Virus record (IMG/VR): IMGVR_UViG_3300039156_000048
Span: 1 to 64,000 of that record
Source: a virus
Taxonomy: Duplodnaviria; Caudoviricetes
Reading direction: 5' to 3' (one strand)
Length of the DNA: 64,000 bases
The stretch's first letter is position 1. Each line of letters starts with the position of its first letter. The notes beneath the pieces were generated by a model. That model saw only the letters and a program-made list of their open reading frames with translations, was not told the DNA's origin and made no database searches. A program made the position numbers and the translations under genes. Shown piece by piece: positions 38,657-49,302 of this stretch.

Positions 38657-39724
38657 ATGGATTTTACATTTTGCGGGATAAGCGCAGCAGACTGCGGTTT
38701 GCTCTACGTCCCAAAGGCAGAAAATATTTTTGTATGGGACAGCAACTATACAACACACTCGTTAGAGGTTGACGGACACGATGGCGGATACTGGTACGGC
38801 TCAACCGTAAAACCTAAAACTTTTGATTTGGATTGTTATTTTGAGGATGTTACCTCATTGCAGATAAAAAAGGCACAAACCCTGTTCAATCGTGGAAGGA
38901 CGGGGGAACTTATCTTTAGCGATCGACCGTTCCTGGCATATACGGCAACGGTGACGGAATGGTCAAGACCAGAGATATATGGACTGAAGAACGGTCTGAT
39001 TACCCTTCACTTGACCGCATATTATCCATTCGCGCTCATGGACAGATTGTTTGTTGCGGACTTTGAAGAATATGGGAGCGAATACGAGGAACTTGTCAGA
39101 GATTCTACGGGTGTACTGACAGAGGCAAAGACTCCAGTCAATATCATTGATACAACACCGGCATTGACCACGGCTACACAATTCCTTTTATATAATCCAG
39201 GAGACGAAAAGGCCGACACTATTATCCGCATTGCTGGAGATGTCGGGACTGGGGTCTCCATATATAATGCCGCGACAAAACAGACATGTACGATCAAGGG
39301 CATTACTAAAGCATTGACCAGCACAGCCGGTAAGTGGCTGGAAATTGATTCAGGGGCCGGCAAGGTTTACTTGACAGATGGAACAACGCCCGTGATGTCT
39401 TTTCTTTATCATGATAACGGGTTTGTCCAGTTGGAAGGGGCTGCTCCCATTAATAGAGAAATAACAATATCTTACACAGGCAATGTAGTAAGTTCCAATG
39501 GAGAGTTTACTCCAGATATGGAAAACAAATACATCCTGATCAATGGCACATGGAGAAAAATAACGGATTATTTTAATGCTGATGATATGAAAATTAATTA
39601 TACGTTTGGAGCTCCTGGAGCCGCAGTGTCTGATGTTGCGACAATGAACCTTGTAACCGTAACCCCCGTCACAACGATGGAGATAACAAAACTTGAATTT
39701 TATTATTACCCGACATTCAAATAA
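38657..39724 (+). CDS. distal tail protein (Dit)
   Basis: FTFCG start, DGGYWYG, GELIFSD, YYPFA, YNPG; follows TMP. Confidence 0.75.
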   Translation: MDFTFCGISAADCGLLYVPKAENIFVWDSNYTTHSLEVDGHDGGYWYGSTVKPKTFDLDCYFEDVTSLQIKKAQTLFNRGRTGELIFSDRPFLAYTATVTEWSRPEIYGLKNGLITLHLTAYYPFALMDRLFVADFEEYGSEYEELVRDSTGVLTEAKTPVNIIDTTPALTTATQFLLYNPGDEKADTIIRIAGDVGTGVSIYNAATKQTCTIKGITKALTSTAGKWLEIDSGAGKVYLTDGTTPVMSFLYHDNGFVQLEGAAPINREITISYTGNVVSSNGEFTPDMENKYILINGTWRKITDYFNADDMKINYTFGAPGAAVSDVATMNLVTVTPVTTMEITKLEFYYYPTFK

Positions 39725-39738
39725 GGAGGATATGGCAG

Positions 39739-42700
39739 ATGGCTACTAAACGCAATATCAACATATCCATCCATGACTATAACAGGAACAAACTTTGTGA
39801 CATCTACAACAGCAACACACGGACATCCGGGCAGGCTTACAACATTGTAATAGAAAAAGAAGCCAGCGGGTACAAGCAACTCAGGTTTACCATCCCCTAT
39901 AAAGTAATGGAAGGGAATGAGCTGGTTGATAACCATCGCGCACAGCACCTGAAAAACGAGTACCTTGTTTCTGTCACGGAAAACGGGGCGACAGACTGGT
40001 TCTATATCAGTGAACCGAATATAGAACACAATAAAAAGACGCTAACGGTCAGTCTAACCTGTCAACACGTTTCGTCTTTACTGCGGATGCGTAACCTTTA
40101 CCTTGAACTGGACGATACGAATGGGATCGGTACATGTTCCGCGTTAGCAACAACGATACTGAATGGTACAGGATGGACCCTTGGCGATTGTGATACGTTT
40201 TATGAAGCGGATGGTGTGACAGAAAAAGTAAGAACACTAAAAGCATCCAATAAAACAGGCGCATACCAAATGATTGTCAATCTTTGCAACCTTTTTAATG
40301 CAAGGCCCATCTTTAATGGAGATGACAGGACAGTTAGCATCATCACATTCAACCCTTTTCACAATCCACTGGATCCAGCTGTGCCACTCGTTGACAACAT
40401 CGAGAAAGTTATTGAGTTAAATTACGGCAAAGTAATGGATGGTGTTTCCAGAAAACTGGATACCAGCTCATTGATAACAAGGCTTCATGTTGAGGGTGAA
40501 TATGGGGATGACGGGTATGTAGGAATCGAAAACGCACCCGCCAACACATCCGGGCTTGATTTTTTGACGGACTTTTCATACTTCCAAACACTTGGCTTGT
40601 TCACTGGTACCCATACAATCGCACTTTCAACCTACCTTTCAAATATATCCGTTGCAAAAGCGGCAGTTAAAGAAACAACAGCCTCTGTACTTGCAAAAGA
40701 GACAGATCTCATGGAGCTTTGGGGTACGTGCAACTATGGGTGCTTTGATGTTACGTCCAGGGTCAACGGGACAACATTGAATGTTTCCATGGCTTGCACA
40801 AATATGGAAGATACACCAACGCTTGAAGCTGGGCAAGACGTTGTGCTGATGAATACAAACGGTACCCATCTGTATACAACGGTTGCAAGTGGCAGCTTAA
40901 CTCAAATCGTGCTGGCCGACAGTATCTCTCTTGCCGCCCACACAAAACTAATTGTATTCTTTACCCCGTCCAGCGGGGATATCGGTGGAAAAGAATCAGC
41001 CCTTGTTGCGTCAGAAAAAACAAGAGATGACGGATATGATGACCTGGATGGGGTTGACTCTCTTTATACCACATTATTTTCTCAGGCAACAGCACCGGTA
41101 TCCGGTATGGTTGCCAATGACCTATGGGTCGACATTGATGCCAGCCCTATTGCTGTATACCGATATTTGAACAGCAACTGGAATACCAAGGTTTCCGGTA
41201 TGACGGCAAGCTATGCGACGATTATTGGCAAGGCTCTGTCTCGCATAAATAATCTTTTAAATGGAACAGTTGATTCAGATGGCCTCTATGAACTAATGAT
41301 TGACGCGGACATCCTTGCAAGGCAGATAGACGTTCTGTATGACACATATGACACACAGATTGGCGTTGTCAACAGTGTTGAGACAGCATTTTCTACAGCC
41401 ATGGGAGATATGCTTCGCGACGGATACTGGAACGACAGTAACTACATTGTTGGTCAGGAAGACAAATTATACGCAGACGCACAAGATATTATAGATGTTA
41501 TGGCTCAACCAGTTGCCAGTTATTCTGTCAATATGGTTGACCTATATGAAGCATATATGGCTTCGCCACAAAGACAGGAAGAAACGAGTCTTGTGGCAGA
41601 CATTGAGACGAGCATCATTGACGGGGAATTGAGTATTACGGTTCCTGCAAGCGTTGTCGGGATTTCTTTCCCAACGCCCATACTGGATACGGACGGAGAC
41701 CTTGAGTCAGCACAGATTGGCGACAGTATGAATGTTGCGTTCTCGCTTGAAAGCGGATATCTCCTTGCGGACGCAAATGGATATCTTGCTTCAGAATACG
41801 AAGTTCCGTCGTGGCAGGACATTGATATCGACTTCTGCGTCCACCTGATTGATGAAGAAATAGGCATATCTGACTGGGGTTTTATTGAAAAGATTTCAAA
41901 ATGTTATGACAACCCTTGGGAGACTGATATCAACATCAGTACCAAAAAATCTGATATCAATGGCCAATCTTTTACCGACATACTTGCAAGTGTTGCGGCG
42001 GTCGCAGAAGAGGTTCGGGGTAAGGCCGATGTGTATGATAGATCTCGTGTTATCTCGGATGCAAGGACACTATCGGCAGACGCTCTTCAAGGAATTATTG
42101 ACGTAAACAGAAATGCAATGCTGTCCACCATGTCAAACTGGGGGACTGACAACAACGGGAATATCGTGTTTACGGCGCTGGACGAATCTTCTGCCATGAT
42201 GCTGACCGGAAGCGGGTTCATGATTGCTAACAGCAAAACGCTTGAGGGCGATTGGAACTGGAGAACTTTTGGTGACGGAAATGGTTTTTCTGCGGATGAA
42301 ATCAATGCTGGTGTTCTCAATGCAGGTATCGTGCAAATTTTAGGCACAGACCAGTTCTACTGGGACGCAGACAATATTTATATCTATGATACAAGTGAAC
42401 CGATGAATCAAATCCGTATAGGGAGGTTTGACGGAACAAATTACGGCATTGGATTTACAGAAGATGGTGGGGCAACCTGGCAGACCGCAATAGGGTTTGA
42501 CGGTACGCACATTGGAAGCAATGCTAATATCGACTTGACCGCAGGGGGGTCGATTACCCTCGCCTCAAGCAGTGATCTTTCTTTCGGGACAGATACTCTT
42601 GCGGATTTATTGGCGGAAGCAGGGACCACACAGACAACAATTTTTTATCAAACATCTACACCAACAGCAGTTGCCATAGGCGATATCTGGTACGACACGG

Positions 42701-44331
42701 ACGCAACCCCAATAACCATTAAGCGTTGGAATGACTCGGAGTGGGTTGACATTACCACCACAGCCTTGTCACAGGCACTAAATGCCGCAGGGGACGCACA
42801 GGCAACGGCTGACGGGAAAATAGTGACATTCGCGCAAGACGAGCCTCCAACGGCAGATGCAGTTGGTGATTTATGGGTAGACACAAACGACAATAATAAG
42901 TTGTATCGGGCAACGGCGGCAGGGAACAACTGGGCTTTATATAAAATCGCGGCAGGGTATGTCAGCACCAGCCACATCACCATCGACAACGATTTAATCG
43001 ACATCGCTTCAGGAGGTTCCATCAACCTCGCCGCGGCCTCCCAAATCACCATCGGGACAAACCCGCTGGGCATTGGCAGCGTCAACTACTTTGCAAACAC
43101 AACCGGATATACCATGTTTTCCGGGTCCGTGCTTGGCAGGAACGCGGACGATTACCTGAACGGGTTTTACTTAGTCGGGCCTCCGTCCGCAGACGGTGCT
43201 TTAAGACTGAATAGCGTTATCACCGGAAATGGATACTGGACGGTCAGTTTTGATGTTCGTGGAACACAGGGGGTTGTGCTTCCGATTATTGTTGATATAT
43301 GCGACTCAACCACATCGACATTCTACACCTCCGCTGATAACATATACACCCGAAAAACCCTAACGGTCAACGTAACGAACTGGTCAAGCGGGGTTTATAA
43401 TTTCATTGATTTTTCTGGCCTTGGGTACGCTTACTATAAAATCCGCAATATCAAGGTCGAAAAAGGAACGCTAGCGACAGACTGGTCGCCGCATCCCGGC
43501 GAACTGCATAATTCATCCCTCACGCTTGACGCGACTGGCATTGCGTTGAAAACTGGCGGCACGTTCACCGTTGGTTCGTCCAACTTCGCCATCGATGCAT
43601 CCGGCAATGTGTCATTGACAGGCACAGTTACAGCAACAAGCGGTTCTTTTAGCGGTACAGTTGTAACCAGCAATATTACTGCTACCGGAGGTTCGGTTGG
43701 CGGATTTACGCTTGATTCTATTCATATGTACTATGGTAATTATTATGATTCACAATTTGTAGATTTAAGTAGATGGGGTCTGGCAGTTGGCCCTGATTTG
43801 AATACTGCGGCTGGTAATCAAACGTGGCATCCCGTGAGAATGACAACCTTAGCAGATGGTGACTATGGGCACTTCATGGCTAAGAACGGAAATATAGGTA
43901 TCGCCTCTTTTTCTCCTGACTCCTTCGCTATAAGGACATGGCCTAGCAATTTATTTTATGGGTCCGGAAATTCTGGTAGTGGTAGAAATACTGTAATGAT
44001 AATAGGCACGGATGGAAACCTTTATATATCCGGTGCTGGATACGCTACAGGCGATTGGCATGACCAAACCCCTGGTTATCAAGGCAACAACGCTACAGCA
44101 GAATTAAAACTTATCAAAAACGATTCAAAAGGCAATGTTGACCACTCTACTCTTCCGGATTTTGCCAAGCATACGATGTCAGTAAAAAAGCAAAACAAAG
44201 ACGGTAAAGAGACTACAGAGAAGATTGAGGGACGTGGACTTGGTGCAATGATTTCAATATTAACTAAAGCCATACAGGAACTTGACGAAAGACTTGATAA
44301 ATTGGAGGTAATAAATGGAAAAGCAATATGA
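39739..44331 (+). CDS. baseplate hub/Tal-like large tail protein
   Basis: N-terminal LITRL..G tail hub region, WNWRTFG.GNGF.AD.I..G, DLWVD repeats, C-terminal LTKAIQEL chaperone-like coil. Confidence 0.75.
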   Translation: MATKRNINISIHDYNRNKLCDIYNSNTRTSGQAYNIVIEKEASGYKQLRFTIPYKVMEGNELVDNHRAQHLKNEYLVSVTENGATDWFYISEPNIEHNKKTLTVSLTCQHVSSLLRMRNLYLELDDTNGIGTCSALATTILNGTGWTLGDCDTFYEADGVTEKVRTLKASNKTGAYQMIVNLCNLFNARPIFNGDDRTVSIITFNPFHNPLDPAVPLVDNIEKVIELNYGKVMDGVSRKLDTSSLITRLHVEGEYGDDGYVGIENAPANTSGLDFLTDFSYFQTLGLFTGTHTIALSTYLSNISVAKAAVKETTASVLAKETDLMELWGTCNYGCFDVTSRVNGTTLNVSMACTNMEDTPTLEAGQDVVLMNTNGTHLYTTVASGSLTQIVLADSISLAAHTKLIVFFTPSSGDIGGKESALVASEKTRDDGYDDLDGVDSLYTTLFSQATAPVSGMVANDLWVDIDASPIAVYRYLNSNWNTKVSGMTASYATIIGKALSRINNLLNGTVDSDGLYELMIDADILARQIDVLYDTYDTQIGVVNSVETAFSTAMGDMLRDGYWNDSNYIVGQEDKLYADAQDIIDVMAQPVASYSVNMVDLYEAYMASPQRQEETSLVADIETSIIDGELSITVPASVVGISFPTPILDTDGDLESAQIGDSMNVAFSLESGYLLADANGYLASEYEVPSWQDIDIDFCVHLIDEEIGISDWGFIEKISKCYDNPWETDINISTKKSDINGQSFTDILASVAAVAEEVRGKADVYDRSRVISDARTLSADALQGIIDVNRNAMLSTMSNWGTDNNGNIVFTALDESSAMMLTGSGFMIANSKTLEGDWNWRTFGDGNGFSADEINAGVLNAGIVQILGTDQFYWDADNIYIYDTSEPMNQIRIGRFDGTNYGIGFTEDGGATWQTAIGFDGTHIGSNANIDLTAGGSITLASSSDLSFGTDTLADLLAEAGTTQTTIFYQTSTPTAVAIGDIWYDTDATPITIKRWNDSEWVDITTTALSQALNAAGDAQATADGKIVTFAQDEPPTADAVGDLWVDTNDNNKLYRATAAGNNWALYKIAAGYVSTSHITIDNDLIDIASGGSINLAAASQITIGTNPLGIGSVNYFANTTGYTMFSGSVLGRNADDYLNGFYLVGPPSADGALRLNSVITGNGYWTVSFDVRGTQGVVLPIIVDICDSTTSTFYTSADNIYTRKTLTVNVTNWSSGVYNFIDFSGLGYAYYKIRNIKVEKGTLATDWSPHPGELHNSSLTLDATGIALKTGGTFTVGSSNFAIDASGNVSLTGTVTATSGSFSGTVVTSNITATGGSVGGFTLDSIHMYYGNYYDSQFVDLSRWGLAVGPDLNTAAGNQTWHPVRMTTLADGDYGHFMAKNGNIGIASFSPDSFAIRTWPSNLFYGSGNSGSGRNTVMIIGTDGNLYISGAGYATGDWHDQTPGYQGNNATAELKLIKNDSKGNVDHSTLPDFAKHTMSVKKQNKDGKETTEKIEGRGLGAMISILTKAIQELDERLDKLEVINGKAI

Positions 44332-44488
44332 TGTAACTTTTACTGAGCAGGAAATTTCAAAAGTGTTTGATGCGCTGATTGATCGTCCCTTCAAAGAGGT
44401 TGCGCCGTTGGTGGCTAAACTTCAGGAAATATACAGGGCAAACTATGCTAACCCTGCCCAACACAAGCAAGAAGAAATCAAAGAATAA
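44315..44488 (+). CDS. 57-aa hypothetical protein (not in ORF track)
   Basis: GGAGGT RBS; MEKQYDVTFTEQEI... Confidence 0.6.
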   Translation: MEKQYDVTFTEQEISKVFDALIDRPFKEVAPLVAKLQEIYRANYANPAQHKQEEIKE

Positions 44489-44495
44489 GAAGATA

Positions 44496-44531
44496 AAAAA
44501 GGGGGCTGTTGAGAAATCAGCGGCCCCTTTT
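44496..44531 (+). terminator. intrinsic, probably bidirectional terminator
   Basis: A tract-GGGGCTGTTGA-GAAA-TCAGCGGCCCC-T tract. Confidence 0.65.
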
Positions 44532-44544
44532 AATTCCAACAATT

Positions 44545-44570
44545 CCTAACATTAGATGAATAATGTCATA
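44545..44570. other. dif-like palindrome, copy 2
   Basis: CCTAACATTA-gatgaa-TAATGTCATA. Confidence 0.55.
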
Positions 44571-44625
44571 TTGAAAAGTGAGTGTTTTCAACGGTTTTCA
44601 GAGATTCAAAATTTTATAGAAGGAG

Positions 44626-47481
44626 GTGTTGCCGATGTATAAAATCAAAAGCATGCCCAAGTCTCTAATCCTTGGCTATTTTGGTGAGTCCAATATCAAA
44701 GAGTTCGAGGTTGACTGCACCGACTGGCTGACAGAGTGGCCGGACGGTACTATTGTAGTAACGTATCAGGCACCCAGTGAAACAAGAGCATATCCGCTGC
44801 CACCCTCGCAGTCAGTTGTGGGAGACGGTATCTTGACCATCATTGTCAGGAGCAACATGACAAGCGAGGCGGGAAGCGGAACACTCAACATCCGTCTTGT
44901 CGATGACAACGCAACCCCGGAAGACCTAGATGACGATATTGGCAAGCGATCTGTTCTCATCAGGACTACCGTGCTTGAAAGCCATGAAACAGTTTTGGAT
45001 GAAGCGCCGGACATCGTACGGGACTGGGTAGATGAAGCGACATTGCTGAACGCTGCTGTGACCGAAGAGGAAGCAGACAGGGTTGAAGCAGAGGAGGCAA
45101 GGGCTGTCTGGGAAGCCTATGACAACGCAAACCAGTATGAAGTCGGCAACAAGGTATCCTATGAGGGCTCAAGTTATATCTGCGTCCTGGATTCACTTGG
45201 CAACCTACCGACAGACGAAACCTACTGGCTGATGATAGCCAGAAGGGGATATACATATCTTCCGTCGTTTGAATTGGATGACGGTTATTTAATGGCTATG
45301 ATTACAGAAACTTATAATCTTGGCAGAGTTGCCTATGTGAACAAGGGCGCATACAGTGCAGCGACTGTGTACGACAAGTATGACGTTGTTCTTTACCAGA
45401 ATGGCAGTTATGCGTACATCAATGATACAAGCGCGGCAGGGAACGCACCAACCAATGTGACTTACTGGGAGGTCATGCTGGATCCGACAGACATGAACCT
45501 TGCAACAACTGCTGCAAATGACGCGGCGCAGGATGCCCTTGATGGAATCATCGCGTCTGCCAGCGTTTCCGGGGATGACTTGCTGTTTACGACAGCAGAC
45601 TCTACTGTTCATACGGCAACTGGCGCTATGGCAGATGTCAACGCTGCCACAGATGCCGCGAATACTGCAACGAATGATATGCGCTATATGCACCTGAAAT
45701 ATTCTGTAAACGAACCAACGGCAGATGGCGACATCAGTAATACTCCGGGCAATTGGCTTGGTATTTACATTGGTGTAAGCCATACCGCTCCAACCACATA
45801 CACGTCCTACACTTGGCGGAAGATTAGCGGCATCCATGTTGGAGATGACGCACCGACTGCCAATGAGGGCTTATGGGTGGATACCGATGAACCCGACATT
45901 TTAGTCAACAACCAAGATTTGCTGGACGCGATTGATGCGGCAAACAGTTCGGGCCCTGTGTCTGCAAGTAGAACAGTCGGGGATGGGACTCCCGGGACAA
46001 CCGATACTTACACGATTGTTTATGGAAACGGCAACACGACCAGTTATGATGTCTACAACGGCGCAGATGCCCCGTCTCTTGCGGGCGTGCACCAGTACAT
46101 CATCCGGTGGGATAAGGTCAACGCAGAGTGTACACGCATGGGCGATGCCGCGGCGATTACCACCGTGACCACGAATTTCGGACATTTCGGAGCGACCAAC
46201 CCCACATACGATAACCCCTTCGATGAGTTATACCCCTGGAAATACCGCAAACTGTGCAAGGTTGACCGTGCCGCATACGCTTTGCTTGCGCCGGGAAGCG
46301 ATATTACTGAAGCCGTCACGGCATGGGAAGGTGAACCGGGATTTACGCTTGACGGTACCGGAGACTTCGATGGCGTATACACACCCGAGTTCTGGGCAAG
46401 GGATTGGGAGGACGCAACCTACCGCTACATCGGCGTTGCGGACGGGCCTATTCCCGGCTGGCAGTATTTCGAGGCGACCATCGGCGGCAGGTACTTCGGC
46501 AGCATGGACGGGTCGAGCAAAATCACCTCAATCGCCAACGCCATCCCCCTTCGTAACACGCTGATGAGTACCATGCACACCAACGTCACAAGCCAGGGCA
46601 TGACGCTGGATGATATTTTTACGTGGTGCGCGGACAATGTGCTGATGGCGGTGGAATACGCTTGCCTGAACAGCCAGCAAGTGCTTGGCAACGGATGCGA
46701 TACTTTGTATCGTCAGTCCGCAGAAACCATTGGCGAGGCAGCAAGCGCAGGCGCAACGCTCTTGAAACTCCCGAATGCGTTTGCGGCTTACTGTGTCGCC
46801 GGGGCCGTTATCGGCATCGGTACAGAGAATGGCGGCGAAACGGTAGACATCGTGAGGTTCGTTTCCTCCGCAGACCTTGATGCCGGTGACCCCCTGTTTG
46901 CCACGCACAAGGCGGTCACAATAACCCCTCTGACAAACCCCGTGACCACGGCGCACTTTGTCAGCGTCCACGGGACTTACAACGCTCCCGACATAGAGAT
47001 TGGAAGCAAGTCCGGGTATATTGGTAGCAATACGAAAGTCAATGCATATTATCGCGGCAGGGTGGCACATGGGAACTATTGGAGATATGTTCTTGGCGCA
47101 TACCGTCAAACCGGGACAGGCGAGATTTGGGTTGCCAACAGCCGAACCGAGGCGGCGGCGTATGATGCGCTGAACACAGGCGTGCATCGTAACACGGGCA
47201 AGGCGTTGCCCACTACGTCAAATTACATCGCCACGCTTCACGCAGATAACTTGCTTCCGCTGGTTCCGTTTGCGGCCACAACCGGAGGCGCGGCAGGGAG
47301 CGGCGACCCAGTTGGAGACTATTGCTATGTGCCAAGTTTGGCAACCGGTAACACTATCCTTCGCCTCGGTGGTTCCGCGCGCGACGGCGTGAGCGATGGG
47401 CGCTTTTGCGGTTATTGGGGCGCCTCGGCTGGTGTCTCGGCTTGGGGCATCGCCGTTCTGCCCTTCTTGAAAACCCCTTAA
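44626..47481 (+). CDS. receptor-binding/tail fibre protein, DGR target
   Basis: BppU-like N-terminus, two CBM5/12-like repeats (Y..G.KVSY.G..Y...W), C-terminal lectin-like domain ending in the VR. Confidence 0.85.
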   Translation: MLPMYKIKSMPKSLILGYFGESNIKEFEVDCTDWLTEWPDGTIVVTYQAPSETRAYPLPPSQSVVGDGILTIIVRSNMTSEAGSGTLNIRLVDDNATPEDLDDDIGKRSVLIRTTVLESHETVLDEAPDIVRDWVDEATLLNAAVTEEEADRVEAEEARAVWEAYDNANQYEVGNKVSYEGSSYICVLDSLGNLPTDETYWLMIARRGYTYLPSFELDDGYLMAMITETYNLGRVAYVNKGAYSAATVYDKYDVVLYQNGSYAYINDTSAAGNAPTNVTYWEVMLDPTDMNLATTAANDAAQDALDGIIASASVSGDDLLFTTADSTVHTATGAMADVNAATDAANTATNDMRYMHLKYSVNEPTADGDISNTPGNWLGIYIGVSHTAPTTYTSYTWRKISGIHVGDDAPTANEGLWVDTDEPDILVNNQDLLDAIDAANSSGPVSASRTVGDGTPGTTDTYTIVYGNGNTTSYDVYNGADAPSLAGVHQYIIRWDKVNAECTRMGDAAAITTVTTNFGHFGATNPTYDNPFDELYPWKYRKLCKVDRAAYALLAPGSDITEAVTAWEGEPGFTLDGTGDFDGVYTPEFWARDWEDATYRYIGVADGPIPGWQYFEATIGGRYFGSMDGSSKITSIANAIPLRNTLMSTMHTNVTSQGMTLDDIFTWCADNVLMAVEYACLNSQQVLGNGCDTLYRQSAETIGEAASAGATLLKLPNAFAAYCVAGAVIGIGTENGGETVDIVRFVSSADLDAGDPLFATHKAVTITPLTNPVTTAHFVSVHGTYNAPDIEIGSKSGYIGSNTKVNAYYRGRVAHGNYWRYVLGAYRQTGTGEIWVANSRTEAAAYDALNTGVHRNTGKALPTTSNYIATLHADNLLPLVPFAATTGGAAGSGDPVGDYCYVPSLATGNTILRLGGSARDGVSDGRFCGYWGASAGVSAWGIAVLPFLKTP
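47365..47468 (+). repeat. DGR variable repeat (VR)
   Basis: 104 bp, differs from TR at 16 positions, all TR adenines. Confidence 0.95.
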
Positions 47482-47489
47482 AAGAGGGG

Positions 47490-47514
47490 TTCGGGGAGAC
47501 GCTCTCTCCCCGAA
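47490..47514. promoter_or_regulatory. DGR target-recognition hairpin/cruciform
   Basis: TTCGGGGAGA-cgctc-TCTCCCCGAA just after the VR. Confidence 0.75.
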
Positions 47515-47572
47515 AATTGATTATATAAGGCTCGAAAGGTGCAGTGTCCCCGGGCGCTTGTTCTTCCTTCTA

Positions 47573-47676
47573 CTCGGTGGTAACGCGAACAACGGCGTGA
47601 ACGATGGGCGCTTTTACGGTAATTGGAGCGACACGGCTGGTAACTCGGCTTGGAACATCGCCGTTCTGCACTTCTT
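47573..47676 (+). repeat. DGR template repeat (TR)
   Basis: six AAC and one AAT codon in VR frame, 21 adenines. Confidence 0.95.
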
Positions 47677-47793
47677 TTGGTTCTTAAGTAAGAATCAGGC
47701 ACCTGAGAGCCGCGCCCCTTGGCGAAAATTACACGACAGGAACGGGTTAGTAGGTTTATTCTCGACCGCCCGTAGTGCAAAAGAAGGTGTTTT

Positions 47794-48852
47794 ATGCCTA
47801 AGCGAACAGGCTTTTTATATGAGCAAGTCATATCGGTTGAGAACTGCGTATCAGCAGTAAAAGATATGACGAAAGGAAAAAGCAAAAACAAACGCGCAAC
47901 AGAAATGAGGAACAACGCACAAAAGTATGGAGAAATGGTTTCCAAGATGTTGAGCAATGGAACTTGGAAGCCTTCTCCATATAAGGAACACACAATCGAG
48001 GAAGGTGTCGGCAGAAAAAGACGGAACATCAAAGTTCCGTGCCTTATCGACCAAATCGTCCACCACGCAATCCTCAGGGTCACATCGCCACACATCATGC
48101 GCCGGAATTATTATTACAACTGCGGCTCAATTCCCAACGCTGGGCAGAAACGTGCCACAGATGCTATGAAGCGATGGATGTCTGCCGGAGAAAACAACAA
48201 GTATGGCGCACTGTTTGACATCAGGAAGTTTTACGATACATGCCCACACCCGGCTGTCATGAAAGCGCTTAGAAAAATCTTCAAGGATGAGAAATTTCTG
48301 GCGTTGCACCAAACAATACTCGACAGCATGGGCGATGGCCTAGCAATCGGGTTCTATCCAAGCCAATGGTATGCCAACCTCGTGTTGATGTGGGTTGATT
48401 TTGAGATAAAGCAGAACACAAACCCTAGTTGCCACTATGTCCGCTACATGGATGACATGTGCCTATTGTCAAGCAACAAGCGAAAACTGCACCAAACGAG
48501 AGTCGCTATCGGGAAACTGCTCGCATCCTGGGGTTTGGAGATGAAGAGCAACTACAAGGTTTTTAAGGTTGGTGATGGCTTTGTCCCTTTTCTATCGTAC
48601 CGATTCTATCACGGATACACGTTTTTGAAGAAAATACTGATGTACCGGATAGTGTCGAAGGCCAAGGCGTTCAGCCGGAATAAAACGCCGCACAATGCCA
48701 TGGCAATGATGAGTTATCTTGGTCTGATAAAGCACTGCAACGGATGGACATTCTTTGTGGACAAAGCCCTTCCGTGTCTTAGTTTAAGGAAATGTAGGAG
48801 GATTATATCGTATGAGAGTAGAAATCAGCGAAATGCCCTCACAGCCGTTTGA
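47794..48852 (+). CDS. DGR reverse transcriptase
   Basis: DQIVHHA, DIRKFY, GLAIGFYPSQ (DGR-type SQ), YVRYMDD; adjacent to TR. Confidence 0.95.
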   Translation: MPKRTGFLYEQVISVENCVSAVKDMTKGKSKNKRATEMRNNAQKYGEMVSKMLSNGTWKPSPYKEHTIEEGVGRKRRNIKVPCLIDQIVHHAILRVTSPHIMRRNYYYNCGSIPNAGQKRATDAMKRWMSAGENNKYGALFDIRKFYDTCPHPAVMKALRKIFKDEKFLALHQTILDSMGDGLAIGFYPSQWYANLVLMWVDFEIKQNTNPSCHYVRYMDDMCLLSSNKRKLHQTRVAIGKLLASWGLEMKSNYKVFKVGDGFVPFLSYRFYHGYTFLKKILMYRIVSKAKAFSRNKTPHNAMAMMSYLGLIKHCNGWTFFVDKALPCLSLRKCRRIISYESRNQRNALTAV

Positions 48853-49123
48853 GATATTCAGGGTTGGGGAGGACGCAATCATCCGGTTCTGGGAGAATCC
48901 GGAAGAAATTGTCAAAGAGAACGCAAGCAACTGGGCGGTTGACGAATATAAACTGACCGTGCCGTGGCGCAAAAACCTTGCCGCCTCAATCGAAGCAAAC
49001 CTTTCCGTATGGATGGATATGGCGAAAGCTCAGGAGGGCATTACGCCACAAAAGACGGTGGAAGAACGTGTCGCAACCGTTGAAGGGGTCGTGACTATGC
49101 TTGCGGAGGTGGTATTGCTATGA
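48812..49123 (+). CDS. small acidic tail-associated protein (possible fibre chaperone)
   Basis: AGGAGG RBS; C-terminal TVEERVATVE coil. Confidence 0.5.
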   Translation: MRVEISEMPSQPFEIFRVGEDAIIRFWENPEEIVKENASNWAVDEYKLTVPWRKNLAASIEANLSVWMDMAKAQEGITPQKTVEERVATVEGVVTMLAEVVLL

Positions 49124-49302
49124 CAGACATAGAAGCAAGGCTTGAGCAGATTGCTGTTGCCCTCAAGGAAAAGGCTGTTGAAACACAGTCGAGAAAAACA
49201 ACCGCAAAAGAGGAATACGCAAAGGCGGACAATGTCTTGAACATCAAGTCCATCGAAGCAAGGCTGAGAATCATTGAAAAATACCTCGGCCTGACCAAGT
49301 GA
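49120..49302 (+). CDS. small coiled-coil protein
   Basis: GGAGGT RBS, ATGA overlap. Confidence 0.55.
   Translation: MTDIEARLEQIAVALKEKAVETQSRKTTAKEEYAKADNVLNIKSIEARLRIIEKYLGLTK

Noticed and set aside
31453-44273. Many antisense ORFs within tail genes
   Set aside because: Shadow frames of long, well-supported plus-strand genes
47558-47860. 100-aa ORF over the TR
   Set aside because: It is the TR read in the VR frame, with no RBS; it is not Avd
47794-48852. RT as group II intron, retron or Abi RT
   Set aside because: No maturase/endonuclease domain or VTG motif; the SQ motif and VR/TR pair indicate a DGR
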